Source of the DNA: Nymphaea colorata
Taxonomy: Eukaryota
Assembly: GCF_008831285.2 (NCBI RefSeq)
Contig: NC_045138.2
Span: 23,188,001-23,252,000 of the forward strand
Length of the DNA: 64,000 nt
Reading direction: 5' to 3'
Position 1 is the first letter of the stretch. Each line of letters opens with the position of its first letter. The notes under the pieces were generated by a model. The model saw only the letters and a list, made by a program, of their open reading frames with translations, did no database searches and was not told where the DNA came from. Shown one piece after another: positions 13,387-38,400 of the stretch. A program made the position numbers and the translations under genes.

Positions 13387-13919
13387 AGAGAATGTTAGTT
13401 TGGAATCTGCATCTTAGGAGCAAGGGGAAAGGAAAAAACGTCGGATTTGCTGTGGCATTAATCCTCCTTCTAATCGGAAATGTTAGATTGCTAAGTGGGC
13501 TACATGTTGAGCAGGTTTTGATAATTCTTTTACAGTAAATGTTAGATAGGAGAAGGATGAATTTATATTTGTTTTAATAAGAGATATTTCAAAGTAGTCC
13601 TCGTCATATTTCCTTTTCATGTTCAACCTTTTTCCAATTTTCTGACGCCGCCCTCTTGTTTTTACACCTTAGCTTCAGCATAGACTGCCTACTATTATTG
13701 CCTAACTTTTGAGCTTAAACTTAGCTGGTTAGTTAGTTAGGGGGGGGGGGGGGGGGAAATTAGTTTACCATTTCGTACACAAATAGTAAGGTTTTCTTAT
13801 TTTATTGATACGTTTCTTCCAAAAAAAAAAATTCTAACGACGGAAAAAGAGATTTTCGCACTAGAAACATGTAAACAAAGTTATGAAAACAATTCTTATC
13901 ATGTGTAACTATGATTTTA

Positions 13920-14048
13920 TATATATCAGCTGAAAAATGTGGTCTATCAATTTTAAATTGTTCTTGGAAAAGCATATTCAACTTTTTGTGGATTGTTAAT
14001 TATTTTGACATAAATGTTTCATCTATGCCATCAGTTTTATGAAAAACG

Positions 14049-14140
<92 letters not shown>

Positions 14141-14278
14141 CTGAAAAATGTGGTCTATCAATTTTAAATTGTTCTTGGAAAAGCATATTCAACTTTTTGT
14201 TGATTGTTAATTATTTTGACATAAATGTTTCATCTATGCCATCAGTTTTATGAAAAACGCTTATATATATATATATAT
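13920..14278. repeat. Tandem duplication of a ~127-bp unit separated by a long (TA)n microsatellite (14053-14137)
   Basis: cagctgaaaaatgtggtctatc...gaaaaacgct occurs twice, essentially identical (tttgtggattg vs tttgttgattg). Single copy at the paralogous site ~56865-56995. Confidence 0.85.
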
Positions 14279-15074
14279 AAATTTTTGTGTATATAGTTTA
14301 GTTTGGTCTCAATGAAGGTACATAGTTGGTCATTAGGTGGGTGGATGTCTATATGGTACGTCCCATTGCTTGGTTCGATTTATGTATGTGGATACTATTC
14401 TTTTATACCATAAAAAAGTAGAATTGCGACTGTCATGTCTGTTAATATCACTCTTTCATATTTAAAATCACCTTCAAATCGTGGGTAGGATTGTCTTTGC
14501 TGTTGTTGTGTATAATGGAACACGGTGAGTCACAATTTAACGGTTTATGAATGGATGTATCTAAAAAGCGAAGGATGCAAAAAAAATCAAGAAACCGAAA
14601 GTAAACTTAAAAAAACAGGCAATATAACGGGAGAAAATACTGTAGAAAAATTACCTTTTTATACATGTTAAAGGTGGAAAAGTAAGGGTGGCATTTTTTT
14701 TTCTTAATTTAAGCTAATTTAAGCCAAAAAAGGAAATATGAATAGCCAGAATAGTCTCAAACTGAGATTGGGGGTAAGTAATGACCAAAATACACCTAAT
14801 AAAATAAAACATGAAGGGTTTTAGAAAAATAAAAATGATAAAAAATTTAAAAGCTTGAAAAGAATACAAAACATACTCTTTCTTATTAAAGATATCTAAA
14901 ATTTCGCAATCTTTTTTATTTTTTATTTTTTAAATGTATATTTGTTGAGTACACACCCCGATGCACGCAAATCCATATTGGAATAGTCTTCGAGCAAGGA
15001 ATAGTCCTCCAGCAACACAGTCAGAGAAACTCATCTAAGTGGAATCCAAAGGGAGCAACTTCGTCCGCAGTACC

Positions 15075-15356
15075 AACTTGACCACTGAACTCGGAGAAAG
15101 AGAGATCGGAGAGAGAGAGAGAGAGAGAGACAGAGGGCTACTACCTTGACCAATTATAATCTGAACTCTGAGAAAGAGAGAGAGGGAGCGCAGCATCACC
15201 TTGACCATCGAAGGCCTGAATTCCAAGAAAGTGATCGAGAGACAGAGAAAGGGATACTTTTCCAAGAAGGAGTTGAAGTTGTCTTCTCTTGTGGTGACGA
15301 CGCGGCAGATCAAGGGAAGCAGTCTCTGATCAGCTTTCCGCTGCTGTATTTAAAGG
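15075..15356 (+). promoter_or_regulatory. Putative LOX copy 1 proximal promoter: three W-boxes, (GA)n, TGACG motif, TATA-like box
   Basis: TTGACC at 15078, 15146 and 15201; (GA)n at ~15110-15130; TGACG at ~15295; TATTTAAA at ~15347. Conserved upstream of copy 2. Confidence 0.55.
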
Positions 15357-15372
15357 ATCTCGACTCGGGGAA

Positions 15373-25884
<10,512 letters not shown>

Positions 25885-26186
25885 AGAATGCATCCAATTC
25901 TCGGCTTCTTGGAGTGTAGGTTGGTTAAAGGTTAAAAACGTGGTTCATGGCTTCTTGAATTTATGAATGTATTATTTTGTAATAAAGGGAGGGCACAGAC
26001 CAGCAAAGAAGTGTGCATAACGTTTTGTATTCATTCGTGTTATTATTGTAAGTGTCCTCCCAACTAAAGTGGTCATTGTATTTTAGGTTTTTTTTTGTCT
26101 TCAATAAAATGATCATTACTACGCCAAAACCATGTCCGGCTGTTTTTCATATTTGGCTTAATTAAAGTGCTTCCTTGTACCATGAG

Positions 26187-26604
26187 TAGGGTTAACAGAT
26201 TTGATTAGAACACCAAACAGATCTGAAAAAATAAAAAATTTAATGTCCAATTAAATCGGATTGGACTCAGATTTAAGAAATGACATCCAAAAGGATTTGA
26301 ATTCGGATATACATAAATATCCAATTAGATTTGGTATAGATGTGGATCAGTTTACTTTTATACAAACATTATATATCTAAAGCTCTTACATTTTAAAAAT
26401 TGGCAAAATTCGATTCAAAATTTAGATTCGGATATGAACATAAAAATTGGAGTCACATTTTAAAATTAGATTTCAGATCCGAATTCAGATATGACTTTTC
26501 TTTATTCATTTTTGAACCTGAATTCCAATTCAAATATGTGAATAGTCAAAGAGGAAATGGTTAAGAGTATATCTGATCCGAATTCTGAACCATTTGACGT
26601 CCTT
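26187..26604. mobile_element. MITE-like repeat (GGATTTGAATTCGGATAT family) downstream of LOX copy 1
   Basis: Starts tagggttaaca and ends tttgacgtcctta. Repeated ttcggatat/atccga motifs; related to 3030-3312. Confidence 0.55.
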
Positions 26605-26697
26605 AACTCAAGACCACATAAACTTTTCGAAGAACAATGAGACTGGTGAGCAGTGGAGCAGGTCCTATGTCATGGCCCCTAACAAGAAACCATGGAT

Positions 26698-27089
26698 TAA
26701 GGCTGCACAACGAGTCGGGTCAGCTTGAGCTCGACTTGAACTTGCTCGTCTCGACTCGACTAATTTATAAACGAGTCGAGATCGAGTTCAAGTGTATGCT
26801 CGAAATGTTAAACCAATCTAGTTTGAATTGTAAGAACTTGATTCATTTAAACTCGACTAGCTCAAGTTAATCGAATTAAATGAGTTAATGAGTTACAAAA
26901 ACAAGACTTGCTTAACATAAACGAGTTAAATAGAGTTACACAATTCAAGTTCGAGCTCAATGTTGTAGTGTTGAGTCAAGCTCAAACTTGTTCTATCAAG
27001 TTCAACTTGAGTTCAAGCTCGAGTTATCTGAGTCGAGTGAAGCTTGAGCTTGTCCACTTCGAGCTCAACTTGGCTCGTGTGCAGTCCTA
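26698..27089. mobile_element. hAT-like MITE, GAGTCGAG family, with recognisable TIRs
   Basis: taaggctgcacaacgag ... ctcgtgtgcagtccta inverted termini with dense gagtcgag/ctcgac motifs. Confidence 0.7.
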
Positions 27090-30000
27090 GAAACTATATT
27101 CTGGATAGATCAGAAATTCAAACTTACTTAGAAAGGTCCATTCTAATTCTTGAAAAATGAAGACGAGTGGATTGATGGAGAACGATCTCTTCTTATAATA
27201 AGATTATATAATAGTGGTTTGATATACACATGCTTGTTTGGCAAAGAAAATTTTGTTCTCTCTCTTAATCACAAAAAAAAAAGTGAAGTCTTCAATTGAA
27301 ATATGAAGAAAGCCCGGTGTAACTAGTTTCTTTCTTTTGTAATTTGTGAGGCAGGTAGTCGGACCATGACTCGGCCTGAAAATATATAGAAAAAAAATAT
27401 TATTATATTTTTCATATGAAATTTATATATGTTAGCATTTTTTATTATACTCCGGGATTAGTTTGAAATAAATTTGAAATAATCCCTTCAATAAAATTTG
27501 AAGGTAAACCTTGTTTTTGTGGCCTATCGATCATTTTATAAAGATGGACCTTAGTTCTAGATAGAAGAGGACTTGGGACTCGATAGGATCCAGGTCCACA
27601 TCTTAAGATGATTTAGATCAAGGACCCTGATGGGAAATGATTCGGATCTGAATTTACAATAAAAGATGGGTTATAGTTTTTGACTGGATAATGGATAGAT
27701 CAAGGCCAGGAATCCAAAGTCCAAAAAGATTGAACTCTAGATTTCAGGTTAAGTGGAGTAGTCATTAGACGTGACTTACAGTGTTCAATTTGAAATTATC
27801 ATAGCAAAAATGATTGAAAAATGGTTGGACAATAGGTAGCTAGTGATAGGCAAATATTTGGAAAATTGTTAGGAAACAGTTGGAATATGATTGGAAATTA
27901 TCGGAAAATAACTAAAAATAAATAAAGAACGATTACAAAATGACTTGAAACAAGGGACTTTAATGATTAAAATGTACAAATTGAAAATTTTGGTCCACAG
28001 AGAATCTGGTATTTAGATTTGGTGTAGGTTCTTCCTACTTTTTTTCATTAAAAATATCATTTAATTTTAATAATCGTTTAATAAAAATACACAATATTTA
28101 TTATTTTGATTAATATTGTCTAGCATCGTTGGTTGTGAATGTGATTGGATCATTAGTTTACCTGAGAAAGTTTGGTAATTGATCCTTATGACCATTTTGA
28201 AAAGGTTGATAATTTGACTTTGTGGTTTTGAGAAAATGGATAATTGAGTTTCGTCTTTTTGGGCAATTTTATGAAATGGCTTTTTGGATTGTTGACATCA
28301 TTTTCAAATAGTTGGTTTGGTTGAGTATCTTAAAAAAACTTGACTTGACTTGTTTGGTACTTAATGGTTAGATCTTCTTGGATCATTTTGAAATGCTTGA
28401 GGTAATTAGGACGCGCTGCTAAATATTTTGCTTAAAAGCTTATTTTAAAAGTAAAATGATGATTTGTGAAATAGTAAGTATGAAGTTAATAAAAAGGTAT
28501 TCATTAATGCCTTGTAATTGATTTTCTGATAAGCATAGGCTGGATACCAATTTTCTTAACAAAATATAACGATTAAACATAATTTGAATTGAGCTACACG
28601 GACAAAAATTGACAAGCATTTATAATAATTAAATTGAAATCATATGTCTAGGTGTTGTACCTCCAAAAAGGGAGCACTGATATACAAGTTGAAGCATAGT
28701 GCAGACATCATGTTCAGGCATCGCAGATACCTTTGGGTGGATAGGGGGAAGGGTGGATGTTTCGGCTATTTTGTTGGGTGTTAGGATGAAATATTTCTCT
28801 TGCTCAACCAACAAATTATATACCTACAAGGTCCAGCGGTCCAACAATGTTTGGCAATAGTTTTGCTCTAAGTCACTTCTTTTGCTCAAGTTCTTTCAGT
28901 ATGTTTTGATTTTTGAAGTCATAACCGTTTCAACAACGGGATGGACCTTGATGACGACATATCAGTCTGTCCATCCCTTAAGGTTTTCTTCCCACAAGAG
29001 TTTTGGAGATAAAGGGGTAGGCCATGGTAATTCAGATTCGAGCAACCTTTCCCAGGGAGAGTGATCCGGGCCAAGGAGAAAAATCGAGTGGATATGCTGA
29101 GTGGTTGAAACTGAAGGGGAAGCGTTGGCCCTTTCTGTAATAGTTTGAAGAGTGTTGGATCACATATGAACATCTAATTGGAAGGTCGTCATCAGGGAGA
29201 GAAAGTTGCGTGTGCCGTGCGCATGGTACGCAGTAAAGTAGGAAAGGACATTTTGGTAATTGTGTAAAAAATGTCCTCTATAGACTTTTTACTTTTTTTT
29301 TCATTTCTATTTTTGTCTTTGCAAAAAGTTCTTTTTTCACTGTGAACTAAAGGTATTTTAGTCATTAACCGTATTGACACATGAAAATTCATGCACAAGT
29401 ATGGTGCATATAACTAATTCAACCATCAAAAGGGCATGGCGATGCGATTGTGGGTGAGAGAGGCATCCAACATCCAGAATGAAGATGCAAGCAACCTTGC
29501 TTTACAAACCTGCGGCTTCATTGTTTTAGTAGCATAATATTTATTATTATTATTTTTTTAAAGTCGTCTATTTGCATCCCCGAAATTTATTTTGGTCTTT
29601 GGAGTACTTCAGAAAAATTAGGTTTTACTTTGAAATGAAAGAGAAATGGACTCGCCCATCGGTACAAGGTCTGGCCATTCCCAACGCCTTTGTTGGGGGT
29701 AACTCAACCAATAACTAACTTTTTTCTTTGTACGTTCCGATATTTGAAATGTTATCCTAAATCTTATATGCATATGTGCTAAGTCAAAATAATTTTTTTA
29801 AAAAATATATTGAAACAAATTTTGAAATGATTAAAATAGGGTCTGATTTTGAAAAAGTTATGGTGGTGCCCTCAGGTCTTTTTTTTTAATAAACTGAAAC
29901 AAATTTTGAAATGATTAAAATATAATTTGGTTTTGAAAAAGTTATGGTGGTGCTCTAACGTCTAAAAATATGGTTTTAAGGGTTGGTTAACAAACCCTTA

Positions 30001-30135
30001 ATAATTAAAAACTTTAAAAACTTGAGATTGAATTGTTGTAATAGCCAAATAACATAAAAAACAAATTGCTTAAAAGATACTTGTGAGATCATTTGAGTTC
30101 TTCAAATATTATCACTAAAATCAACTAGAAGATAA

Positions 30136-31108
30136 CTTATATTTAAAGATAGTTTTGAAAATCAAAGTTTTCAACTTATACGAAGAAATATGATTGGGAA
30201 CATACTTGTAATTTTTTATTTTATTTTTGCAAAACATGGCTTCAACTTGACATGTTTTACAAAAACAAGTTTTTCAAGTTTTGTTTGAAAATAAGATATC
30301 AAAATAACTTGTTCCTCGTAGGGCCAAAGAGAAAGATTTTGAAATATTGCAAATATCAAAATAATATATTGAAAAGTGTAAATATTTGATATTTGAAATG
30401 GGAAGAAAATTATAATTTGTAGGGTGTTTCCCTTGAATCATTAGTGAATTTGAAGATTTTGCCTTAATTCGATTATCACCTCATTATGGCTTGATCTTAT
30501 CTTACTTAAGCTTCTTAGAGATGTGCTTGTGACTGTTCTTAATTCCCTAAGTGATTGTGTATGCGTGATTACATAAATTTTATATGTATAATAAAAAATA
30601 AACCATTCCTATCATAACATATATCTTATATTTAAAGATAGTTTTGAAAATCAAAGTTTTCAACTTATACGAAGAAATATGATTGGGAACATACTTGTAA
30701 TTTTTTTTTTTTGCAAAACATGGCTTCAACTTGACATGTTTTACAAAAACAAGTCTTTCAAGTTTTGTTTGAAAATAAGATATCAAAATAACTTGTTCAT
30801 CATAGGGCCAAAGAGAGAGATTTTGAAATATTGCAAATATCAAAATAATATATTGAAAAGTGTAAATATTTGATATTTGAAATAAGAAGAAAATTATAAT
30901 TTGTACGGTGTTTCCCTGGAATCATTAGTGAATTTGAAGATTTTGCCTTAATTCGATTATTACCTCATTATGGCTTGATCTTATCTTACTTAAGCTTCTT
31001 AGATATGTGCTTGTGAGTGTTCTTAATTCCCTAAGTGATTGTGTATGCCTGATTACATAAATTTTATATGCATAATAAAAAAGAAACTATTCCTATCATA
31101 ACATATAT
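30136..31108. repeat. ~489-bp direct tandem duplication inside the Ogre-like LTR
   Basis: cttatatttaaagatagttttgaaaatc...cctatcataacatatat at 30136-30624 and 30625-31108, near identical. Single copy in the sister LTR (~44926-45430). Confidence 0.9.
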
Positions 31109-32470
31109 CTATGGAGTAATGAAAAGGAAAATTTTGATACAAATTGATAGTGGTAAGATTTCATCTAGCGAGTTAGTCAAATGTGTATTAAAAATATAGG
31201 TGGGTCAATAAAAGGCTAGAAGAATGATTAAGAAAAAATATGAAAAATAGATTTGCAATTTGAAAAGAGAAAATGACATGCTCAAAGCAAATTAAAATGT
31301 ACATCAAGCATTGTTTGCATGTTTCCTTGGTGGACATGTCCCAACCTAAAAATGACAAAAATAAAAAAATGATCCACCTCAAATCCTCACATTGTAATAC
31401 AAATCTACATACAATCAAGCCATCAAAATAGAGAATTAGATAGAAAAATGAAAAGATAGACATATAATGTGAGAGCAAGAATAGCTAGAGAAAAATTAAA
31501 AGAAAGAAAGTTAAAAATGAAAATACATAGAGATAAAAAAGGATAAAAAAAGGGAGAGAAAAAGATAGATATTTGAAAGTCAAAGAATTAAATGAGAGTG
31601 AAATGAGAAGAAGAATAAAATAAGAAAAAGAAATGAAGATGAAAAATTAAAATGAGAGAAATATAAGTTAAAATGATAGAAAAAAGTTAAGAATGAAAGA
31701 AATAAACATTGAAATGAAAATGAGAGATTAATGAATGAGAGAAAAAGAAGTAAAAATGAAAGAGAGAAAAGTTAAAGTGAGAGAAAAACAAGTTTAAAAG
31801 AGATAAATGAGTTAAAAGAAATGAAAAATCTAGTTAAAATGATGAAAAGATACGTCAAAATGAAAGAGAAAATGATCTTGAGGAAAATGTTTCTCTTGGT
31901 CATGCTCTCCAAAGTTTCAAGGAGAATCCGTAGCTCCTTAGATGTAGAGGGAGCTCCTTTGCTCTTCCAGGTAAAAAGAACTTCTTGATGATCGCTTAAA
32001 CGGGTTGGAGATGCTCTTCAAGAGTCCATCACAAGCTCCTCCAAAAAAAATTGAACAAAAAAATAGAAAAAAGGAAAAAAAATAGAACAGGAGAGGGAGC
32101 ATTCAAATGCTTGAAACGATGATGGATTTCTCCCTCTTAAATGAGAGAAGTGAAGAGGTATTTATAGAGAAAGAAGACTCAAGGGCATTGTGGTTTTTTA
32201 CTAAAATGAAATTAGCCATTAATTAGTCATTATTAGCTTAAAATAGCTTAAAAACACTAAGAGAGTCAAATCTGTCCAAAAATATATTGACTGGGGGGAT
32301 TGACCACGCCAAGGGGCAGCTTGCCTAGCCTAGGTCTGGCCCACTGCCAGGCATAGAGAGGCTAGGCTGGCCTGCCACAGGCCTATTCTGGCCTGTGCTG
32401 GCTGGCCTGGGCATACTCTGCCGCGCCATGCCGGCCAAGGCCATACCAGGCCGGGCCAGGCCAGGCCAGG

Positions 32471-35400
32471 TGATGTGACCTTGCCTAGGACTACCGAGGG
32501 CGCTAGGGAGATGGCACAACAAGGCCGAGCAGGGTATGAGACGTGGCAGGCCAATATAGGGTTCGGGAGGCCAGCTAGTCTCCTAGCCCTGTTCGACAAT
32601 GAGCAACAAAGGGGTTCAGCCAGGACGATCGGCCCTTTTCACAGTAGCTACCACTGAAGACTGTTGGTCTTTGTGAGCAAGCTTTCGGCCAAGGCAGAGC
32701 AACGAAGGCACAATGCACGACCACCAAGGCTGTGAGCACTGCACTTGGGAGCACATGCCTGCGGGTTCTGTCAAGGAAAAATCATTCGAGGCCCTAGGCC
32801 CTTCAATTTGGACAAACATGGCTGGGGTGCTAGGTAGTCGTAGCCAAGAGGCATCTGGTCAAGCCTGGCGTCATCCAGAGTGCAAGGCTTCCACAGGATG
32901 CCGCCGTAGCCGAGAGGTGCCCAGGCACGCTTGATTGCATGGTCAGCAGCATGTCGAGCGAAAGAGGGCCCTCTGACTAACTTAGTTGAGAGGCCACAGG
33001 TGTTATCGTGCCATTCCAAATGCATGTCGGTTAGAGGTCGTGGTCCTTGCTGATGGACAATCGGTAAAGCTCCAGCAGAGGCAATCAGGCAAGGCCTCCA
33101 TTAGCTTCGCAGAGGCACAACCCATCGAGTCCTACTCCGACAACCTCTGGACAGTGCGAACAAAGGGTCAGTGAGGTCGACTATGGACAACACTCAAGGA
33201 GTGTGCATTTGGCCACCTGAGAGACTCAGACGTCACAAGAGAATCAGTTATGCAGCATCCTGAGATGGGGTGCTTTTGCCCAAGTTGCGGGTTATTAACT
33301 CACTGAACCGGTTGAGTCGTGGACTTGACCACTACGGGTGAGCAACTTGGTTGAGTTAGTTTGAGTCGGCCCTGACCGGTTGAACCGGTCGACGTAGTTT
33401 TGCATGAGTATAAAACCTGCACATATTTTCTTCCTTAGGACACTTTGAATATACTCTGTAAAAGGTAGCCACCATTACCATCAAGATGCTTCTCGTTCCA
33501 CCGAAGATCACCTCCGTGTGAGAATGAAAATCAATTTTCGACTGAGTTTCTTGACAATTGTGCTTTCGATGTGGATATTTGGTGTGCCCTTTTTGCAAAG
33601 CCTCCCTGCTCGCATTTCTAGCAAGACATGGTTCTTCTTCAAGTGATCGAGCTTGTACACTGCGACACCAAATTCCTTGCATGTCCTGCCTTGGATTCTG
33701 GCCCTCCACCTTTTCGACGGCTCCAAGCCCCAAGCCGCCGACGGATTCATGCCAATTTAGTGTGGAATGACCCCAAATTACACGATGATGTTCGGGTAAG
33801 AGATTACGATCTTTTCCTGATTGATCGAAGGAGAACCATTCCCCAAATTCATCGCTAGACACCATACAATGACTGCCAGATCTTTTCTTATTATTGGCAC
33901 AATTTCAATGAATCCTGTGGACACATTCAAGATTGGACACCACCAGAGGACTCTTGACTTCCATACAAATCCAACGAGCCTAGACTCAAGTGATTCCATG
34001 CAGCCTACATAGAGATAAGATCAAATCTATCCCCGAGCTCGAGTCTGGCAAGAGTAGTAGAGAAATCTGGCGATCTCTGGCCTCATTCTGAGGATCACAA
34101 TCTATTGTTAAACCATGGATCAATCCCGAACAATTGATTCTTGATTGGTGAGTCAATCCACAACTAGAATTTTCAAATTAAGAGCTGAAATCAATCAAAC
34201 TATAATTGAACATTTGGTTCTTCGTTTGCAGCAGAGTTTGAGTGATTCCAGTGCCATGCTTAAGCAATCCCCTATCCAATTTGTGTTGATGAGCATCTGA
34301 GCAATAGCTGACAGAATTCCATGCAAAATGAGTGGTCATACGTCAAAATCTGATAAAAAACTAAGAAGTAATCGCTCCTTGAAGATCATTAGAGTATTTT
34401 CAATGTTTGCCAAAATGAAAGCAAATTTTCAGGCAAACACAATAATTTGGTGGAATATTCCACCGGGTTCTTCGGTCACTGATGAGTCGGCTGTCAACGT
34501 GTCTTGGAATGCAGTGTCCAAGACGAATTCGTGTGTGTCAACGAATACTGAGCCACAGTGTCATCCTTGTTCGTCATGTCTTGCTCACGAATCTCATCGA
34601 GTCCTGTGCCACTGAATCAAGGACAGGGCGATGAGTCCCGCCAGTGTGTCTTGCAAATCTCGCCTCATCACCTCATGTGTCTTGCTCTTGCTGAAGGCTT
34701 TGACATCTTTGCAATGCTGACAGTTCCTAAAGTGCCAGTCACTTTTCAGCCAGCACTCAACCAGTCCTCAGCCGACGCTCGGACTTTGGCCAACCACTAG
34801 AAGTCACCTCCAACCAGCGAGACAACCTCCTCCTGCAACCTCCTCCTGGCCCTCGGGCATCCATTCACAACGTTTGGCGAGAACATTGCTCCTCTCCAAA
34901 ACTAGGCATCCCCAATTTCACTTGAATTGGGCCTGACTACATCTCGGTGAAGTCCCTCTACATTCCTCCCTCGTGATTGTGGCTGCCAAGGGACAGACAA
35001 CCCAACTGATTCTCACCTTTGGACGCAGTGTGACGGACCTTGGGAGGTCGTAATTATTTTCACGGTTGCTGCAGAGAGGAGACATCGGGCGTGCTCCGAC
35101 TCGATAAATCTTCTGTAGCACCTTATAGACCAGGGCCAGGTGTTTTTGTTTACTTGGCCATCAGTCGTGCAATTGTCGAAGGACTCCTCCAAAGCACATG
35201 GTGCATAGGACACAACCTTGAGTTGCTTACCCTGAAATGGCCTAACCTAGGGTTTCAAGGTGTGGTTTGTGCTTGATTATAGGCATGGATGTTATGAGTG
35301 ATTTGATGTATGTATGAGCCTACTAGCAGCAGCTTGAGCGAGTTGTAAGTGTCTTGACTACTGTACCAAATGCTTTTGTAAGGCATGTTACTTTACCCTT

Positions 35401-38400
35401 GGGAAATACTTGTATCTGTAGGGGCATTTGGGTCCACATGTACGTGACTCACTCATAGGTTATTTGCACTAGGGTCCCGTCTGGCGAGGAGATTACATTG
35501 TAAAGATGTTAGGTTGTGTCTCGCTGAGACACATCAGGCGGAGGCTAGCGGCAGGGTCCTAAGAACAGTCACTTCAATATAGTGGTATAAGAGCCATCAT
35601 TAGCCATTACCCAGGAGCAGTACATCTAACTTTGTTGTTGATAGCCATTGGCAGCAATAGGTTAGCACAACACCTGCAGTCCAGCGCAAGGCAGACGACT
35701 GTGCCAAGGTGTTGAGGGATCCATGAGTTAGTCAGTCATAGTGCAGCAGTTTGGACCAGTTTTCTGAGGGTTGCAAGGCTTCCAGGGTCCATTCTGACTC
35801 AAATTTTTACAGTAGCTATATATCTATTGTGGTCAGTTGGTGTGATAGTCTGCTCGTCGTCTTGGCACTTGTTTTGTATAGCTTTGACTGAGTACCAGTA
35901 AGCCCAGATTACTGCCCGGTTCTGAGTGTAGGGGTCCAACCTATTATGGGTAAGGGAAAAGAGCTCAAAATTATGTCCCCTATCGAGGAAGAGATAGGCA
36001 CATCACAAATGTATGATCCTGTAGCATTGGCTAAAGTGGTAGAGGAGGTGGCTGCACTCAACAAGATCTCAGTGAGGTTCACCAAGTGCGTTATGAGACA
36101 GCAGCCATGGGGGGCTAGTTCGACACCCTCATGGCTAATTTGGATGAGGTTATGGTGAGCTGCAAGAGAGACCAAGCTAAGTAGAGGACAAGGCTCCATG
36201 AGATGGAGTCCACGATGCTGGGGGTTGCCTAGAGGTTGGATGAGTGTGATGCAACCAAGGGAAACATCGAGGGTTTCGGTTCAGACCACCGAACCAAGGC
36301 AGCATGCCATGAGGATAATGCCGGCAGGTATAGGGCAGGCGCAGTTCGAGCACACACACTGTCACTTGTTGGGGGGCACCATGATCAAGAAGACCCCTAT
36401 GTAAGGAGAGGCGGGGGCGATTTCGTGGAATGCTGGGCTTCGGAGAGAGAACATGACACCGGCTGGAGCTATCTGACAACAAGGAGGACGACTTCCGATG
36501 GGCAGCACACCATAGACAGCCACGTTATGGTAGAGCAGATGCTAACCCATTTAGGGATCCACTCAAGCCGACTATAGCATGCGTCAAACTTGATTTTCTA
36601 CGATTTAATGACAAACATGACAATGATTAGTACTTCAAGGTTGAGCATTACTTTGAGTGTCAACACATCCCTAGAGATTAGTGGATCACTATGAGCATGC
36701 TACACTTTGAAGGTCAAGCCATGCGGTGGTATCACTAGCTAGCACACCTTCAGCCATTCATGGAGAAAGAGGAGCTTGTAGAGGAGATTTACTTGGGGTT
36801 TGGAGAGACGAGCTTGGTCAACTACGAGGTGGAACTCATGATCATCCGCCAAGATGGATCAGTCCAAGATTACCAAGGCCATTTTGAGGACATTAGTAGT
36901 ACAGTCAGGGATTGGCCACAACACACACTAGTAGTAGCCTTCCTTCGGGGGCTGAAAAAAAAATCAAGATAGAGTTGTCTCATAGAGGAGAAGAACCAGC
37001 GCCTCAACGCCTTTAAGAGGCCACTAAGGGCTATGGAAAACAACATGTCTTTGTCTAAGGACCCAGCTCCCAAGCTTGGTAGTGCCCAAGGGTTACACAC
37101 TGTGCTTACTAGGACCCAAATGATCCCTTATCAAGAGAGGGATGAACAAATTAAAAAGGGGCTTTGCTTCAATTGCAATGAGAAGAGGGTCAAGAGATGT
37201 AAATGCAAACAGCTTAGAAACTTTCAAATGATGGAGGACAATGAGGATGAGGTCATTGAGGGTGATGCCCCACTTCTACACATGGAAGAAGTCTAGCACA
37301 CAGTTGATGGCTAGCCTAGCAATGATTCAGCCATGATAGCTTATTATACTATGGCTGATGCTCCAATTCTCAATGTCATGAGGGTACCAGAATAGACTGG
37401 AGTAGTGCAAGTGGTAGTGTTAGTTGACACTGGAGTGACTCACAACTTTGTGAGCAAACAAGTGGCAGGTACAACTAGCTATAACATGAGAGTGCACCTT
37501 GTGTTTAATGTTATGATGGGAGACAACGTCCGTATTCCATGCTTCACCATTTGCCACTGTACAGATAGCCATACTGGGAGATGCTTACACGCTTGATTTA
37601 TTGTTATTTCCACATGTGGAATGGAGGTAGTGCTCGATGTGCAGTGGTTGAATATGTTTGAGAAGGTCTCTTGGGACTTCACAGAGATGACCATGATTTA
37701 TCCTAAGGAGGGTGGCAGAGAGGTGACACTCACCACCCTTAAGTCTCATGGCAGAGCAAAAGAGGCGCTGCAGGTACTCCAAGTAGGGCAGCCAGCCTAT
37801 GGGTTGCTAAGTATGGCTCCCAATGTGATTCCAGGCCCAACACTAGACGAGGAGGTACCTTAGACGGTAACAGCAGTGTTGGCCAAGTATGAGAACATGT
37901 TTGCTATGCCCAAGGGGCTGCCACTAGTCAGATCCTATGATTACAAGATAAAACTTTTACCCAACACCATTGAAGTCAGCGTGACACTAGATAGAGCTTT
38001 ACCCAGCACCAATGCAATCAGCGAGAGTCCCAACCTGAATGCACACACACACAAGGGAGGTCCAACTTGGGAGTTGGAAGGTAACCTGGCTGAGAGGTAT
38101 CCCCTAAGGTCTTTGGGGCAAGTCCTATCTAAGGGGGATAGATTTGATGTGACCCTACCCATGATTGTTGAGAGCACTAGGGAGATGGCATAGCATGACC
38201 GAGCAGGGTATGAGACACGGCCGACCAATATAGGGCTTGGGAGGCTATCAATCTCCTAGCCCTACTAAGGATTTCGAGAAGGAGCAACAAAGGGGTTCAA
38301 CCATGACATAGCCCTTTTCATAGTGGCTATTTCCAAAGACTTTCAGTCTCCGCTTAACAAGCCTTCGGCCAAGGCCAAGCCCTAAAGGCACAGCGCACGA

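Noticed and set aside
14014..14253. ORFs with YIYIYI or SLSLSL runs (also 22508-22898 and 12300-12533)
   Set aside because: Translations of (TA)n, (TC)n and (GA)n microsatellites.
28640..29200. Moderately GC-rich stretch with 60-84 aa ORFs, possible gene fragment
   Set aside because: No motif recognised in the frames I could read; cannot be supported without a database search.
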